Shown here: piece after piece, positions 18,450 through 27,601 of the stretch
How positions within the stretch are numbered: position 1 is the first letter of the stretch
How the letters are laid out: each line of letters begins with the position of its first letter
DNA from: Pseudomonadota bacterium
Lineage (GTDB): Bacteria; Bdellovibrionota_F; JAHFAK01; JBDREC01
Assembly (NCBI GenBank): GCA_043820105.1
Contig: JBDREC010000099.1
Span: 62,001-91,927, forward strand
Direction of reading: 5' to 3'
Length of the DNA stretch: 29,927 nucleotides
Program-made: the position numbers and the translations under genes
The notes under the pieces: model-generated
The model's database searches: none
Seen by the model: only the letters and a program-made list of their open reading frames with translations
Told to the model about the DNA's origin: nothing

Positions 18450-18478
18450 AATCTAGACCAAATGACAGGATTTGTCAA
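18450..18478 (-). promoter_or_regulatory. Putative sigma70 promoter of murE with an overlapping TGACA-N5-TGTCA palindrome
   Basis: TTGACA-17 nt-TAGATT on the minus strand; inverted repeat at 18463-18477. Confidence 0.6.
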
Positions 18479-18498
18479 ATTATTTGCAAGTTTTTAAT

Positions 18499-19200
18499 TT
18501 ATTTCGCAAATACTGGGGGAAGGAGGTTTAATTGACGTTTTTTTCCTCTTACTGCTTCAGCTAGTAATAGTTTCGAATTTTGTTCTGGGCTGCCATGAAC
18601 AAATTGAATTTTGTTTAGGCAGAAGTTGAATTCAGAAAGAGTTTGAATGATTTCAAACAGTCTTGGGGCTGAATGTATAAAATAAAAAGAGCCTTCATTT
18701 TTAAGATACTTTGATCCGTGTTTTAAAAAAATTTTTAAATTTCCTTTAATTTCATGTCTAGCTATTGATTTTTCATCGGTGGGATTTATGCGGCCAGAAT
18801 CACTTTTATAAAAGGGAGGGTTTGAAAATATTATGTCAAATTGTTTTCCTTTTATTGCCTTAATGCTTTCTGAGATATCTGAGGCAATCGCTATGATTTG
18901 GCAATTTAGACTGTTATTTTCTATGTTTCGACTTAAGAGATTTGAAAGGTTTTTTTGTATTTCAATGGCACTTATTTTTAATTTTTTATTTTTTTTGGCT
19001 AGAATAATTGAAATTACACCTGATCCTGCTCCAAGTTCAAGAAGCTCAGTTTGATTCCTTTTTAGGTTATCATTTATAAAATTTGCGAGCAAAAGACTAT
19101 CTATTGAAAATCTATAGCCAGATTTTGATTGGATTATTCTAATTTCTTCTGAGGCAATTGTATCTAGGCTTTCTGTTGTTTGATTATATTTGATTTTCAT
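18499..19200 (-). CDS. tRNA1(Val) (adenine37-N6)-methyltransferase-like (YfiC family)
   Basis: IIQSKSGYRFSIDSLLLA, ELGAGSG, SNPPFY, IARHE. Confidence 0.85.
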   Translation of the reverse strand: MKIKYNQTTESLDTIASEEIRIIQSKSGYRFSIDSLLLANFINDNLKRNQTELLELGAGSGVISIILAKKNKKLKISAIEIQKNLSNLLSRNIENNSLNCQIIAIASDISESIKAIKGKQFDIIFSNPPFYKSDSGRINPTDEKSIARHEIKGNLKIFLKHGSKYLKNEGSFYFIHSAPRLFEIIQTLSEFNFCLNKIQFVHGSPEQNSKLLLAEAVRGKKRQLNLLPPVFAK

Positions 19201-21845
19201 CAGGCTAGTTTATCTTTTAAGTTTTCCATGAGTAGATTAAAAAGATCATCTGCTTTTGTGGGATCTTTTAATGAACCTTGAGCTGTGTTTTCTTTCCCCC
19301 CACCTGAAAATGGTAAGGATTTAGAAAGTTCTTTCATAATATTTCCTGCATGCAAGTTGTGTGTGTCTATTGCTTCTTTTGTTATACCAATGACTACCAT
19401 TGTCCTGTTGGGAAAAATAGAAATAATGAGGGAAACAGAATTGGCTTCTTTGTTTTTCAGTTGATCTAGGCAAGAAAGCATTTCCTGATTATCTGCATCG
19501 CTAAGCTTAGCCTTAATAAGTTTCAGGCCATTAATTTCCACAGAATCTTTTAAAAAATCATCAAGATTATTTTTAATACTGGCATTTTTTAGTTCCTTTA
19601 TCTCAGCTTCTAATTCTTTTATCTTATCTTTCATGTCAGAAATTTTACATATAATTGATTCTGGACTAGTGTCTAAAGCTTCTATAATATTTGAAAGCAG
19701 AGTTTGTTTATCCTGATAATCTTCCAATGCTTTTGGGCCAGTTATTGCTTCAATTCTTCTAACACCAGCAGCTACAGAAGATTCTTCAATAATTTTAAAA
19801 AGTCCAATATCACCGGTTCTGCTTACATGAGTTCCACCGCAAAGCTCTTTTGAATCTTCTCCTATATCAACAATTCTAACCTTTTCTTGATATTTCTCGC
19901 CAAAAATAGCGATGGCACCGTCTTTTTTTGCCTGTTCTAGTTCAATCTCTTCATGGATATCAACTTTATAATTATCTAGAATAGCAGTATTTACTAAAGT
20001 TTCAATTTGCTCAAGCTTGTCACTTGATAATGCTTTATTATAATTAAAATCAAATCGAAGTTTGCTTGGGTCAACCCTTGAACCAGATTGCATAACATGC
20101 TGACCAAGTGCTTTTCTAAGAGCATTATGCAGAAGATGAGTTGCTGTGTGATTTCTCATAATATTTTCCCTTCTTGAAAGGTCAATGGCTGCGTTAATAA
20201 ATGGTATTGAGTTTTTTGTTAAATCACCAGTAAGCATGATGCCAATATGAACATAGTCATTACTGATTTTCTTTGTGTCAGAAATTCTTATTTCAAAATC
20301 ATCGTTTTTAATACATCCACTATCGCCTATCTGACCTCCGCTTTCAGCATAAAAAGGTGTTTTATCAAGCACAATGAAGACACTATCTTTTACCTTTGCA
20401 AATTTAAGAATTCTTGCATCTTCTTCAAAGGAGAATGTTCCTGTGAATATTGTTGTTTCACCGGTTTTACATAGCTCAACCCAATCTAGAGTTTGAGTTT
20501 CATTATTTGCATAAAACTTTGCTGAATCAGATGCTTTCTTTTTTTGTTTGCTCATGTGTTCTTTGAATTCATCATTTTCTATTTCCAGAGAAGCTTCTTT
20601 GGCCATGATTTCGGTAAGATCAGGAGGAAATCCAAAGGTGTCATATAATTTAAAAACAAATTCGCCTGAAAAGCATTTTTTGCCACTTAAGATAAGTTTT
20701 TCTTTTTCTTCATTAAATAAATTAATGCCTCTATCTAGAGTTTTAAAAAATTTTTCTTCTTCAATTTTAATTGATTCTATTATATGATCACATCCTTTTT
20801 CAAGCTCAGGATAAGTATTACCCATTATGTCTGCTAATGTATCCACTAGCCTATGAATAAAAGGTTCACGTGCGCCAAGAAGATGGCCGTGTCTTATTGC
20901 TCTTCTTAATATTCTTCGAATAACATAGCCTCTTCCATCATTTGCAAAAACTGCGCCATCTGCTAAAGCAAATGAGACTGATCTTATGTGATCTGCGATA
21001 GTGTTAAAGCTAGGTTTGTTTTCTTTGCGGTCATATTTTTGACCTAATAAGACTTCTGTTTTTTGAATAATTGGATAAAAAGCATCTGTTTCAAAAATTG
21101 ATTCTTTTTCTTGTAAAATAGCTAATACTCTTTCAAGTCCCATTCCCGTATCAACACTCTTCATTGGAAGAGGGCTTAGATTTTGCTCTTCATCTCTGTT
21201 GAATTCCATGAAAACAAGGTTCCATATTTCAGTGTATCTATCACAATCACATCCGGGCGCACAATCTTTGCTTCCACATGAAAAGCTTTCACCCATATCA
21301 TAATATATTTCTGTGCAATAACCACAAGGACCAATTGGTCCCATTGACCAAAAATTTTCTTCATTACCTTCTTTTGCATTGCCAAGTGCGATTATTCTAT
21401 CTTTTTTTAAACCAATCTCATTTTTCCAAGCATTTAGGGATTCTTTATCTGCAACATCAATTGTTACATAAAGTTTGTTTCTGTCGAGTTTTAGGTGATT
21501 GATAACATATTCCCAGGCCCATATTATTGCATCTTGCTTATAATAATCACCAAAGGACCAGTTGCCAAGCATTTCAAAAAATGTGCAGTGCCTGGAGTCA
21601 TGTCCCACATGCTCTAAATCATTGTGTTTGCCACCGGCCCTAATACATTTTTGCACTGAGCATGCCCTATAATAATCTCTTTTTTCTTTTCCTAAAAGCG
21701 TTTCTTTGAATTGATTCATTCCAGCATTGGTAAATAAGAGAGTGGGATCATCATGGGGAATTACAGGCATACTGGCAACAATTGTGTGACTTCTATCTTT
21801 AAAAAAATTTAAAAATCCTTGTCTAAGTTCTGAGGCCTTAAGCAT
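19200..21845 (-). CDS. alaS: Alanine--tRNA ligase
   Basis: DPTLLFTNAGMNQFK, FFEMLGN, DTGMGLER, LYDTFGFP, TPFYAESGGQ, NHTATHLL, ELCGGTH, GVRRIEA. Start placed at ATG 21845 (AAGGA 9 nt upstream). Confidence 0.97.
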   Translation of the reverse strand: MLKASELRQGFLNFFKDRSHTIVASMPVIPHDDPTLLFTNAGMNQFKETLLGKEKRDYYRACSVQKCIRAGGKHNDLEHVGHDSRHCTFFEMLGNWSFGDYYKQDAIIWAWEYVINHLKLDRNKLYVTIDVADKESLNAWKNEIGLKKDRIIALGNAKEGNEENFWSMGPIGPCGYCTEIYYDMGESFSCGSKDCAPGCDCDRYTEIWNLVFMEFNRDEEQNLSPLPMKSVDTGMGLERVLAILQEKESIFETDAFYPIIQKTEVLLGQKYDRKENKPSFNTIADHIRSVSFALADGAVFANDGRGYVIRRILRRAIRHGHLLGAREPFIHRLVDTLADIMGNTYPELEKGCDHIIESIKIEEEKFFKTLDRGINLFNEEKEKLILSGKKCFSGEFVFKLYDTFGFPPDLTEIMAKEASLEIENDEFKEHMSKQKKKASDSAKFYANNETQTLDWVELCKTGETTIFTGTFSFEEDARILKFAKVKDSVFIVLDKTPFYAESGGQIGDSGCIKNDDFEIRISDTKKISNDYVHIGIMLTGDLTKNSIPFINAAIDLSRRENIMRNHTATHLLHNALRKALGQHVMQSGSRVDPSKLRFDFNYNKALSSDKLEQIETLVNTAILDNYKVDIHEEIELEQAKKDGAIAIFGEKYQEKVRIVDIGEDSKELCGGTHVSRTGDIGLFKIIEESSVAAGVRRIEAITGPKALEDYQDKQTLLSNIIEALDTSPESIICKISDMKDKIKELEAEIKELKNASIKNNLDDFLKDSVEINGLKLIKAKLSDADNQEMLSCLDQLKNKEANSVSLIISIFPNRTMVVIGITKEAIDTHNLHAGNIMKELSKSLPFSGGGKENTAQGSLKDPTKADDLFNLLMENLKDKLA

Positions 21846-22695
21846 TTGCATAAATCCTTTCATTGAAACTATTAATAAGGCTTTTGGTTAAAGGTCCAAT
21901 CTTTCCATGGTTTATTTGTTTATCATCAAGGCTTGTAACTGGTAAAATGTCTTTTAAAGTGCTGGTTATAAAAACCTCAGAAGAATTTATTATTTCTTCT
22001 AATTTATATTTTGCTTCAATTATTTCAATATCAAGTTCTTTGCAAAGTTTTATAACAAAGCCCCTTGTTATTCCATCAAGTATTCCGGACTCAACAGATG
22101 GAGTGCATACTTTAGAATTATTAACAAAAAATATATTGCTTGAAGATAGCTCTGTAACATAGCCCTCATGATTTAAAATTAGGGAATCAAAAGCCTGACC
22201 CTCTTTTGCTTCTTTTAGGGCCATTATATTATTTAAATAATTGCCTGATTTGATCATCGGGTTTAGTGAGCTTATAGGTGTTCTTTTTACTGAAACAGTT
22301 TTTAAGCCAATACCTTCTGAATATAGAGATTCGTTAAATGGTAAAAACTCTCTTCCAATTATAATGAAATTTGATTTTAAATCTTTCTTAAAATAAAGAT
22401 TAATTTCATTTTCAATACCTCTTGTTATTATAATTCTAATATATTTTAACTCTGAGTTTGCGGTTTCAATTGTTTTGTGAATTTCTTTAGCTAGTGTTTC
22501 TTTATTTAAGGGCATCTCAATTCCTAAAAATGTGGCTGACCTGACAAGACGCTTGTAATGTTCATTGTACATTATTAGCTCATTTTTATAACCTTTAATT
22601 ACATCATATACACTATCTCCATATAAAAAACCACGATCAAGAACAGAAATTTTAGCCTCATGATCTTTAGTTACACATCCATTAACGTTTATCAT
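21838..22695 (-). CDS. Class IV PLP aminotransferase (IlvE/Dat/PabC family)
   Basis: DRGFLYGD, H..RL..SA, IKSGNYL (PLP Lys), ELSSSNIF, ILDGITR, EVFITST. Confidence 0.9.
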   Translation of the reverse strand: MINVNGCVTKDHEAKISVLDRGFLYGDSVYDVIKGYKNELIMYNEHYKRLVRSATFLGIEMPLNKETLAKEIHKTIETANSELKYIRIIITRGIENEINLYFKKDLKSNFIIIGREFLPFNESLYSEGIGLKTVSVKRTPISSLNPMIKSGNYLNNIMALKEAKEGQAFDSLILNHEGYVTELSSSNIFFVNNSKVCTPSVESGILDGITRGFVIKLCKELDIEIIEAKYKLEEIINSSEVFITSTLKDILPVTSLDDKQINHGKIGPLTKSLINSFNERIYANA

Positions 22696-22866
22696 ATATT
22701 TGCGCCTAAAATAAATTTATTAAAACAATTTTTTATATAATTAATTCACGCAAGTCTAGGGAAAATATTAAGTCTATCTATTCTTATCTTAATTTTTTTC
22801 TTGATTCTTAATAGAGCATGCTTTAAATAGACTTTTTTTGATATCCAATAACAAGAAAGGCATCTT

Positions 22867-23331
22867 ATGACCAGTTTACAAGAAAATTATCCAGTAAAAT
22901 GGACTGGAGTTTTACATGATAAGGGATTTAGAGTTACTATTCCAAGGCAAGCAGTTCTTAAGGTTCTTAGTGAAACATCTGACCATTTATCAGCTGAAGA
23001 TGTATATTTAGAAGTTCATAAAAAGCATCCCTATATTGGGCTAACTACTGTTTATAGAACATTAAATCTCTTAGTTAGACTCAATGTTGTTTTTAGATTT
23101 GATTTTGGAGATAATCGAGCCAGATATGAATTAATCGAGAAAGAAAAGGGAATGGGGCATCACCATCACCTTGTTTGCTCAAAATGCAGCGCTATTATTG
23201 ATTATAATGACTTTTTAGCTGAAGAAGTAAAATTTTTAGAAGATATTGAGTCTGGTTTATCTAAAAAATATAATTTTGAAATAAAAAATCATTTAATTCA
23301 ATTTTATGGGCTTTGTGAAAACTGTAAATAA
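22867..23331 (+). CDS. Fur-family metalloregulator
   Basis: RVTIPRQAVL, HLSAED, IGLTTVYRTL, ARYE, HHHHLVCSKC, FYGLCENC. Metal specificity not determinable. Confidence 0.92.
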   Translation: MTSLQENYPVKWTGVLHDKGFRVTIPRQAVLKVLSETSDHLSAEDVYLEVHKKHPYIGLTTVYRTLNLLVRLNVVFRFDFGDNRARYELIEKEKGMGHHHHLVCSKCSAIIDYNDFLAEEVKFLEDIESGLSKKYNFEIKNHLIQFYGLCENCK

Positions 23332-23356
23332 ATGCCCCATAAGCCTATAAAATCTT

Positions 23357-23380
23357 AGGACAAAGTTGTCCTCTTTTTAT
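23357..23380 (+). terminator. Possible terminator or dyad site after the fur-like gene
   Basis: AGGACAA-AG-TTGTCCT perfect inverted repeat followed by CTTTTTAT. Confidence 0.4.
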
Positions 23381-23443
23381 ATAATCGAATTTTATTGTTT
23401 TCTATCTATTCAATAATATTTGAGAATATTTAACAGTGCAATG

Positions 23444-23459
23444 CGGCATGAATCTTGCA
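23444..23459 (+). promoter_or_regulatory. Putative sigma54 promoter
   Basis: CGGCATGAATCTTGCA closely matches TGGCACG-N4-TTGCW; about 40 nt before ATG 23501. Confidence 0.7.
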
Positions 23460-23500
23460 GATATAGGGGGTGGGTTGATTATTGTGGACTGGGCAAAATT

Positions 23501-24685
23501 ATGAAGCTTGTTAATAATCTTATTATTGGTTTATTGTTTTTTCTTTTTATATCTATTTCTTCTTATACTTTTCCTTGTATAAATTTGTTTGACTCTGAAG
23601 ATTCTCAATCAATTGACAGGACTAAAATAGAAAATATTGCTTATGTCGGACATAAGGAAGTTGGATATAGAGTCGCTATAAGTCAAGGTAAGGTAAGAAA
23701 AAGAAATGTAAGTGTACCTAAAATAATTCGAAGAATTGCTTTTCAAATACATAATGTGCCTAAGGATAAAAAGCCAATAATTACTTGTGACTTTGATGGA
23801 ACGATAGCAAATGCCAGAAGAGCGGTTGTGGAAATTTTTGAAGAATGGCTAGAGCAATACAATGGCCCAAAGAGCAAAGAAATTTCGAAAGAATATTATA
23901 AATTAAAAGTAAGTGCCCAAAAAAGTGGTGACGACTTTGGTTTTTGGGATGCAAAAGAAATTCTTGAGCGCCTTGGATATGGTTTTACTAAAGACGCTTT
24001 AGAAGAAGCTATTGCGCAGAAGATGCATTATGAGTCTGAGTCTGAAGAAGAAAATTCATTGTATGGAAGAGATGATGCGGATTATCAGCATGGTAGATGG
24101 AAAAAACGAGTCAAAATGTTAAAACAAAATGAGCTGACAAATGCAAGTGCATATGATTTTTTTAAGGAAAGGTTTTTTTCTCCTGAAAGAAAAGCTTATT
24201 TTGAACCCATAGTTGGAGTTATTAAACTTGTAAAAATATTTCAAAAACTTGGAATTGAAATGGTCTATATTACTCTAAGGGGTAAATATGGGGAAGATGA
24301 ATTTAAAAATCAGCCAGGAGTATTTGCTTCCCAAGTATTTGTTAATAACAATGGGATTGGAAATGGAGGCTTATCAACAATTGTTTATACTCCAAGACCA
24401 ATAGATTGGGAACGGGTCAGAGATGGGCTTGATCCTGAACCTTCAAAAACTCTGATGATAAAAAAATATCTAGAAGAACATCCAGAAGCGCATTTAATTG
24501 CATCACTTGAAAATGATCCCTCGCATATTAACTCATTTATTCAAGCTTTTGGAGTTAATGTTTATCATCTGCATATACAAGGAGATATACCAAAGCCATC
24601 AAAGGGTGTTGAACTTAATCATGGTATTACGTCTTTGGATCCAGAAGCCTTGGATAGAGAAATTGAACTTATTGAAAATCAATAG
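23501..24685 (+). CDS. Secreted HAD-superfamily hydrolase-like protein
   Basis: Signal peptide from ATG 23501; motif I CDFDGT, motif II YITLR, Lys (PSK), motif IV LENDP. Confidence 0.65.
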   Translation: MKLVNNLIIGLLFFLFISISSYTFPCINLFDSEDSQSIDRTKIENIAYVGHKEVGYRVAISQGKVRKRNVSVPKIIRRIAFQIHNVPKDKKPIITCDFDGTIANARRAVVEIFEEWLEQYNGPKSKEISKEYYKLKVSAQKSGDDFGFWDAKEILERLGYGFTKDALEEAIAQKMHYESESEEENSLYGRDDADYQHGRWKKRVKMLKQNELTNASAYDFFKERFFSPERKAYFEPIVGVIKLVKIFQKLGIEMVYITLRGKYGEDEFKNQPGVFASQVFVNNNGIGNGGLSTIVYTPRPIDWERVRDGLDPEPSKTLMIKKYLEEHPEAHLIASLENDPSHINSFIQAFGVNVYHLHIQGDIPKPSKGVELNHGITSLDPEALDREIELIENQ

Positions 24686-24700
24686 ATGGGAGCATGTTTA

Positions 24701-25906
24701 ATGAATTTTAAATCTATTATGATTAGGATTATAATTTGCTTGTTTTTGGGATCTTACTGTTTTATTCCAAGTCATTTATATGCAAATCAAAATGGCCTTA
24801 GGGGCCTTGGCGGGCTGTTTAGCGGTGTTCAGGGAAAAGCAAGTGCTTCAGGAGATAATTGCCTTAATTTGTTTGGGAATACGAATATTCCAATTCCAAG
24901 ATTTCAAGTAGCTATAGAAAAGGGTGTGGGTATTGCCAAGCTTGTAAATCCAGTCAATCACTTAAAAAATTCTTGGCAAAATAAGGACAAGCGGTGGTTT
25001 GTTTTTTTTGAGCAGCCTCTTATAGGGCTTGCTACTTCTTTTTTTAATGCAGGAATTGCCTTTGCCCTTAATGGGATTGATATCTTTGTTCCAGGATCTA
25101 GGGTAATTCTTTCAAGAGAATTTATAGATAGCTACTTCGAAATCTATATTGGCTATAATGGTTCTAATATTTTAAGAAATGGTGTTAATGTAAATGAGAA
25201 GATATCAAATAAAACCGCAGTTTGGCTTAACTGGTTTTATTCTACCTTGATCTATACGGCTTTAACAGCAGGTGATAAATTGGCTTTGGGAGTTGATGCT
25301 ACCACAAAGGCTCACGCTTATGCAACAGTAGCTTATGCTGGCCTGTGGCCAATATTTAGTCAATGGACTTCTCGTGTAATTTGGACCCCATTTCTATTTT
25401 CATTTTTCCCAAAAGAATCAATGCTTGATAAAATTTATGACTCAGAAAAGACAGTTGATATGCTAATTTTAGAGCAAGTTGAGGCATTGGAGCGTGATCA
25501 AGCGTTGCTTGAGAAAACAGCTTTAGAAGATAGAATTAAAATTGCTGAATTAAATACAAACATTAAAACAGTAAAAGCTAACATATTTTGGATTAAATTT
25601 CTAAGGCTGGGGCTTTCAGATGGAGGTGATTTTTCTAGGTATAGAAAAGCCGGGTATTGGGCCATAAAGACATCAGCTGCATCTGTGGTTTCAGCAGTTA
25701 TGATAACAATTTATTTTACTGCAAGGTGGCAAATCGCTGGTTATGATGCAAGTGACAACGGTTTAATTCAGCTTATGTTTCTACATTTTCTTGAACAATC
25801 TGAAACTGATGTACAAGTTACCTCAGAATTTTTAGAAGCCTTGCCTGATATGCTTAGGATGAACGCTGAAATCTTGGATTTTCAAATTGATGATATGATG
25901 ATATAG
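24701..25906 (+). CDS. Hypothetical signal-peptide, multi-TM protein
   Basis: GGAG SD before ATG 24701, signal peptide ending LYA, Gly-rich linker, several hydrophobic segments and a coiled coil. Confidence 0.7.
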   Translation: MNFKSIMIRIIICLFLGSYCFIPSHLYANQNGLRGLGGLFSGVQGKASASGDNCLNLFGNTNIPIPRFQVAIEKGVGIAKLVNPVNHLKNSWQNKDKRWFVFFEQPLIGLATSFFNAGIAFALNGIDIFVPGSRVILSREFIDSYFEIYIGYNGSNILRNGVNVNEKISNKTAVWLNWFYSTLIYTALTAGDKLALGVDATTKAHAYATVAYAGLWPIFSQWTSRVIWTPFLFSFFPKESMLDKIYDSEKTVDMLILEQVEALERDQALLEKTALEDRIKIAELNTNIKTVKANIFWIKFLRLGLSDGGDFSRYRKAGYWAIKTSAASVVSAVMITIYFTARWQIAGYDASDNGLIQLMFLHFLEQSETDVQVTSEFLEALPDMLRMNAEILDFQIDDMMI

Positions 25907-25910
25907 GAAA

Positions 25911-27029
25911 TTATCTTTCTTTTAATAGTAAATAATAAAGCTCCCCCTTCTTATGCATATATTCTGCCATTCTTCCCGCCTGATCACCTTCACCGAAATA
26001 TAAATCAACTCTGCCATATCCTTTGATGGCGGTCCCGGTATCTTGGTCAATGTAAAGGCGGCCAGAGTCTTGCCAGTTTTTTAAATATCCATTTTCATCC
26101 AGGATTGGTATTTTTGTTTTTAGGTAGGCTATGCCGCCAGCTGGAAAGATGTTTTTGTCAGTTGCAATTGAACGCTGTGCTGTAAGCTTGTAAAGGCCTA
26201 GGCCATATGGACCATCATCTGAGGACTTAAAGTAGACATATCTTTTATTTCTATGAAGATATTTTGAAATATCTTCTGGATTCTTTTTAAAATAATCTTT
26301 TGCTTCATCAAAAATAGATCTGTTTGTGCTCTTGATTTTTTTATCATTTAAAAGATCACGCAAAATACTTTTATAATTTTTATCATTAGTGCCATCATTG
26401 TTTGCGAAAAATGTACTTCCATCCTGAAATTGTAAAATTCCACTTCCCTGGATGTGCATAAAAAATAATTTAAGTTGATCATCTGTGTACGCCAGCTCAA
26501 GTCCGAGACCACTTAAAAGCATGTTGCCATCTATGTCTTTTCTATCATAGGCTTTTGCCATTTTATTTGAACTTGGTTTTTTGTATATTGGATATGCATA
26601 CTTTTCATCAGGATATTTACTGGCTTCTAAAACAGGAATATAATAACCAGTTATTAAAACCTCTTTATTAACTTTATAAATGTCAAAATATTTATTTATT
26701 AATTGAGAGACCTGGATACTTGTTTTTGCATGCTTTAAAATCTTTTTTAAAGTCAAAAGCGATGCTTCGACAAGTGGTGCTGAGACAGGTTTTTTATCAA
26801 AATAATAAACTTTATTTTTATTTTTGGATCTATCTGTTTTTTCTAGATGCCTGATAATGGCCTGATTAAGGTTTTGTAAATCACCGTCATTTTCAATTGC
26901 CAGACTTTCAGTTTGATGTTCAAACTTGTTAGCAGCCAGCAAGGAAATGTTTGTAAAAATTAAAATGCAAAGATAAAATCTAAGTCCAAGTGTGATATTT
27001 TTTTTTGCTTTTAAAAAATTGATTTGCAA
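25911..27029 (-). CDS. mltA: MltA-type lytic murein transglycosylase (MltA + 3D domains)
   Basis: ITGYYIP, FFMHIQGSG, N.RYVYF, RSIATD, QDTGTAIKG.GRVDLYFG. Likely start is TTG 27029, after the upstream stop. Confidence 0.88.
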   Translation of the reverse strand: MQINFLKAKKNITLGLRFYLCILIFTNISLLAANKFEHQTESLAIENDGDLQNLNQAIIRHLEKTDRSKNKNKVYYFDKKPVSAPLVEASLLTLKKILKHAKTSIQVSQLINKYFDIYKVNKEVLITGYYIPVLEASKYPDEKYAYPIYKKPSSNKMAKAYDRKDIDGNMLLSGLGLELAYTDDQLKLFFMHIQGSGILQFQDGSTFFANNDGTNDKNYKSILRDLLNDKKIKSTNRSIFDEAKDYFKKNPEDISKYLHRNKRYVYFKSSDDGPYGLGLYKLTAQRSIATDKNIFPAGGIAYLKTKIPILDENGYLKNWQDSGRLYIDQDTGTAIKGYGRVDLYFGEGDQAGRMAEYMHKKGELYYLLLKER

Positions 27030-27042
27030 TTTTGTTTTCTTC

Positions 27043-27399
27043 TTAGAAAAGTTTTTGGCCTTTAATGTTATTGAAGTTAGCGCCTTCAATGGCTGCATTT
27101 CTAAAATCTGTGTATTCCATTTTTGCATTTTCGAAATTTGCATTTCTTAAATCTGCATTTCTAAAATTTGCATAACTTAAATCGCAGCCTGAAAAATCAA
27201 CACCACTTAAGTCTGCATCTTCAAAATTAGCACAAGCTAAATTGCTATTTTTTAATGTGGCTCCACCCATGTTAGCTCCAACTAAGATGGCGCTACGGAG
27301 ATTTGAGCCAGCAAGGTCCGCACATTTTAGATCTAAACCTCTTGTTTCAACTCCATTTTTAACCATATCAGTAAATTTGTCTCTGTTAATTCTATTCAT
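27043..27399 (-). CDS. Pentapeptide repeat protein
   Basis: Tandem A[DN][LF]xx units; GGAGG SD. Confidence 0.9.
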   Translation of the reverse strand: MNRINRDKFTDMVKNGVETRGLDLKCADLAGSNLRSAILVGANMGGATLKNSNLACANFEDADLSGVDFSGCDLSYANFRNADLRNANFENAKMEYTDFRNAAIEGANFNNIKGQKLF

Positions 27400-27471
27400 A
27401 AAATAAAACCTCCAAAATTAGAAAAGTTAAAGATTTTGGTTACTTACTTTGCTTCGCAATAAAGTCCGCGT

Positions 27472-27500
27472 CTTGTATCATAAAAATTTCACCCTGTCAA
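27472..27500 (-). promoter_or_regulatory. Putative sigma70 promoter
   Basis: TTGACA-17 nt-TACAAG with TGn extension; imperfect -10. Confidence 0.4.
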
Positions 27501-27601
27501 TAGGTAAAATGCATAAGCCTATGAAAATATGGTGGAAATGAGTGTTGTTTTGCGCAATGCGAAATGTTTTGTTGTGCCACCTTTTCCATAAAATCAGAGG
27601 T

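Noticed and set aside
22867-23331. Fur-family gene as regulator of the CDF-SPFH operon
   Set aside because: It is 18 kb away, and I found no convincing Fur/Zur box upstream of 4796.
27093-27167. 15-bp direct repeat CTGCATTTCTAAAAT
   Set aside because: Explained by pentapeptide-repeat coding.
27564-27579. Minus-strand TGGCAC upstream of the pentapeptide gene
   Set aside because: No GC at the -12 position, so not a sigma54 site.
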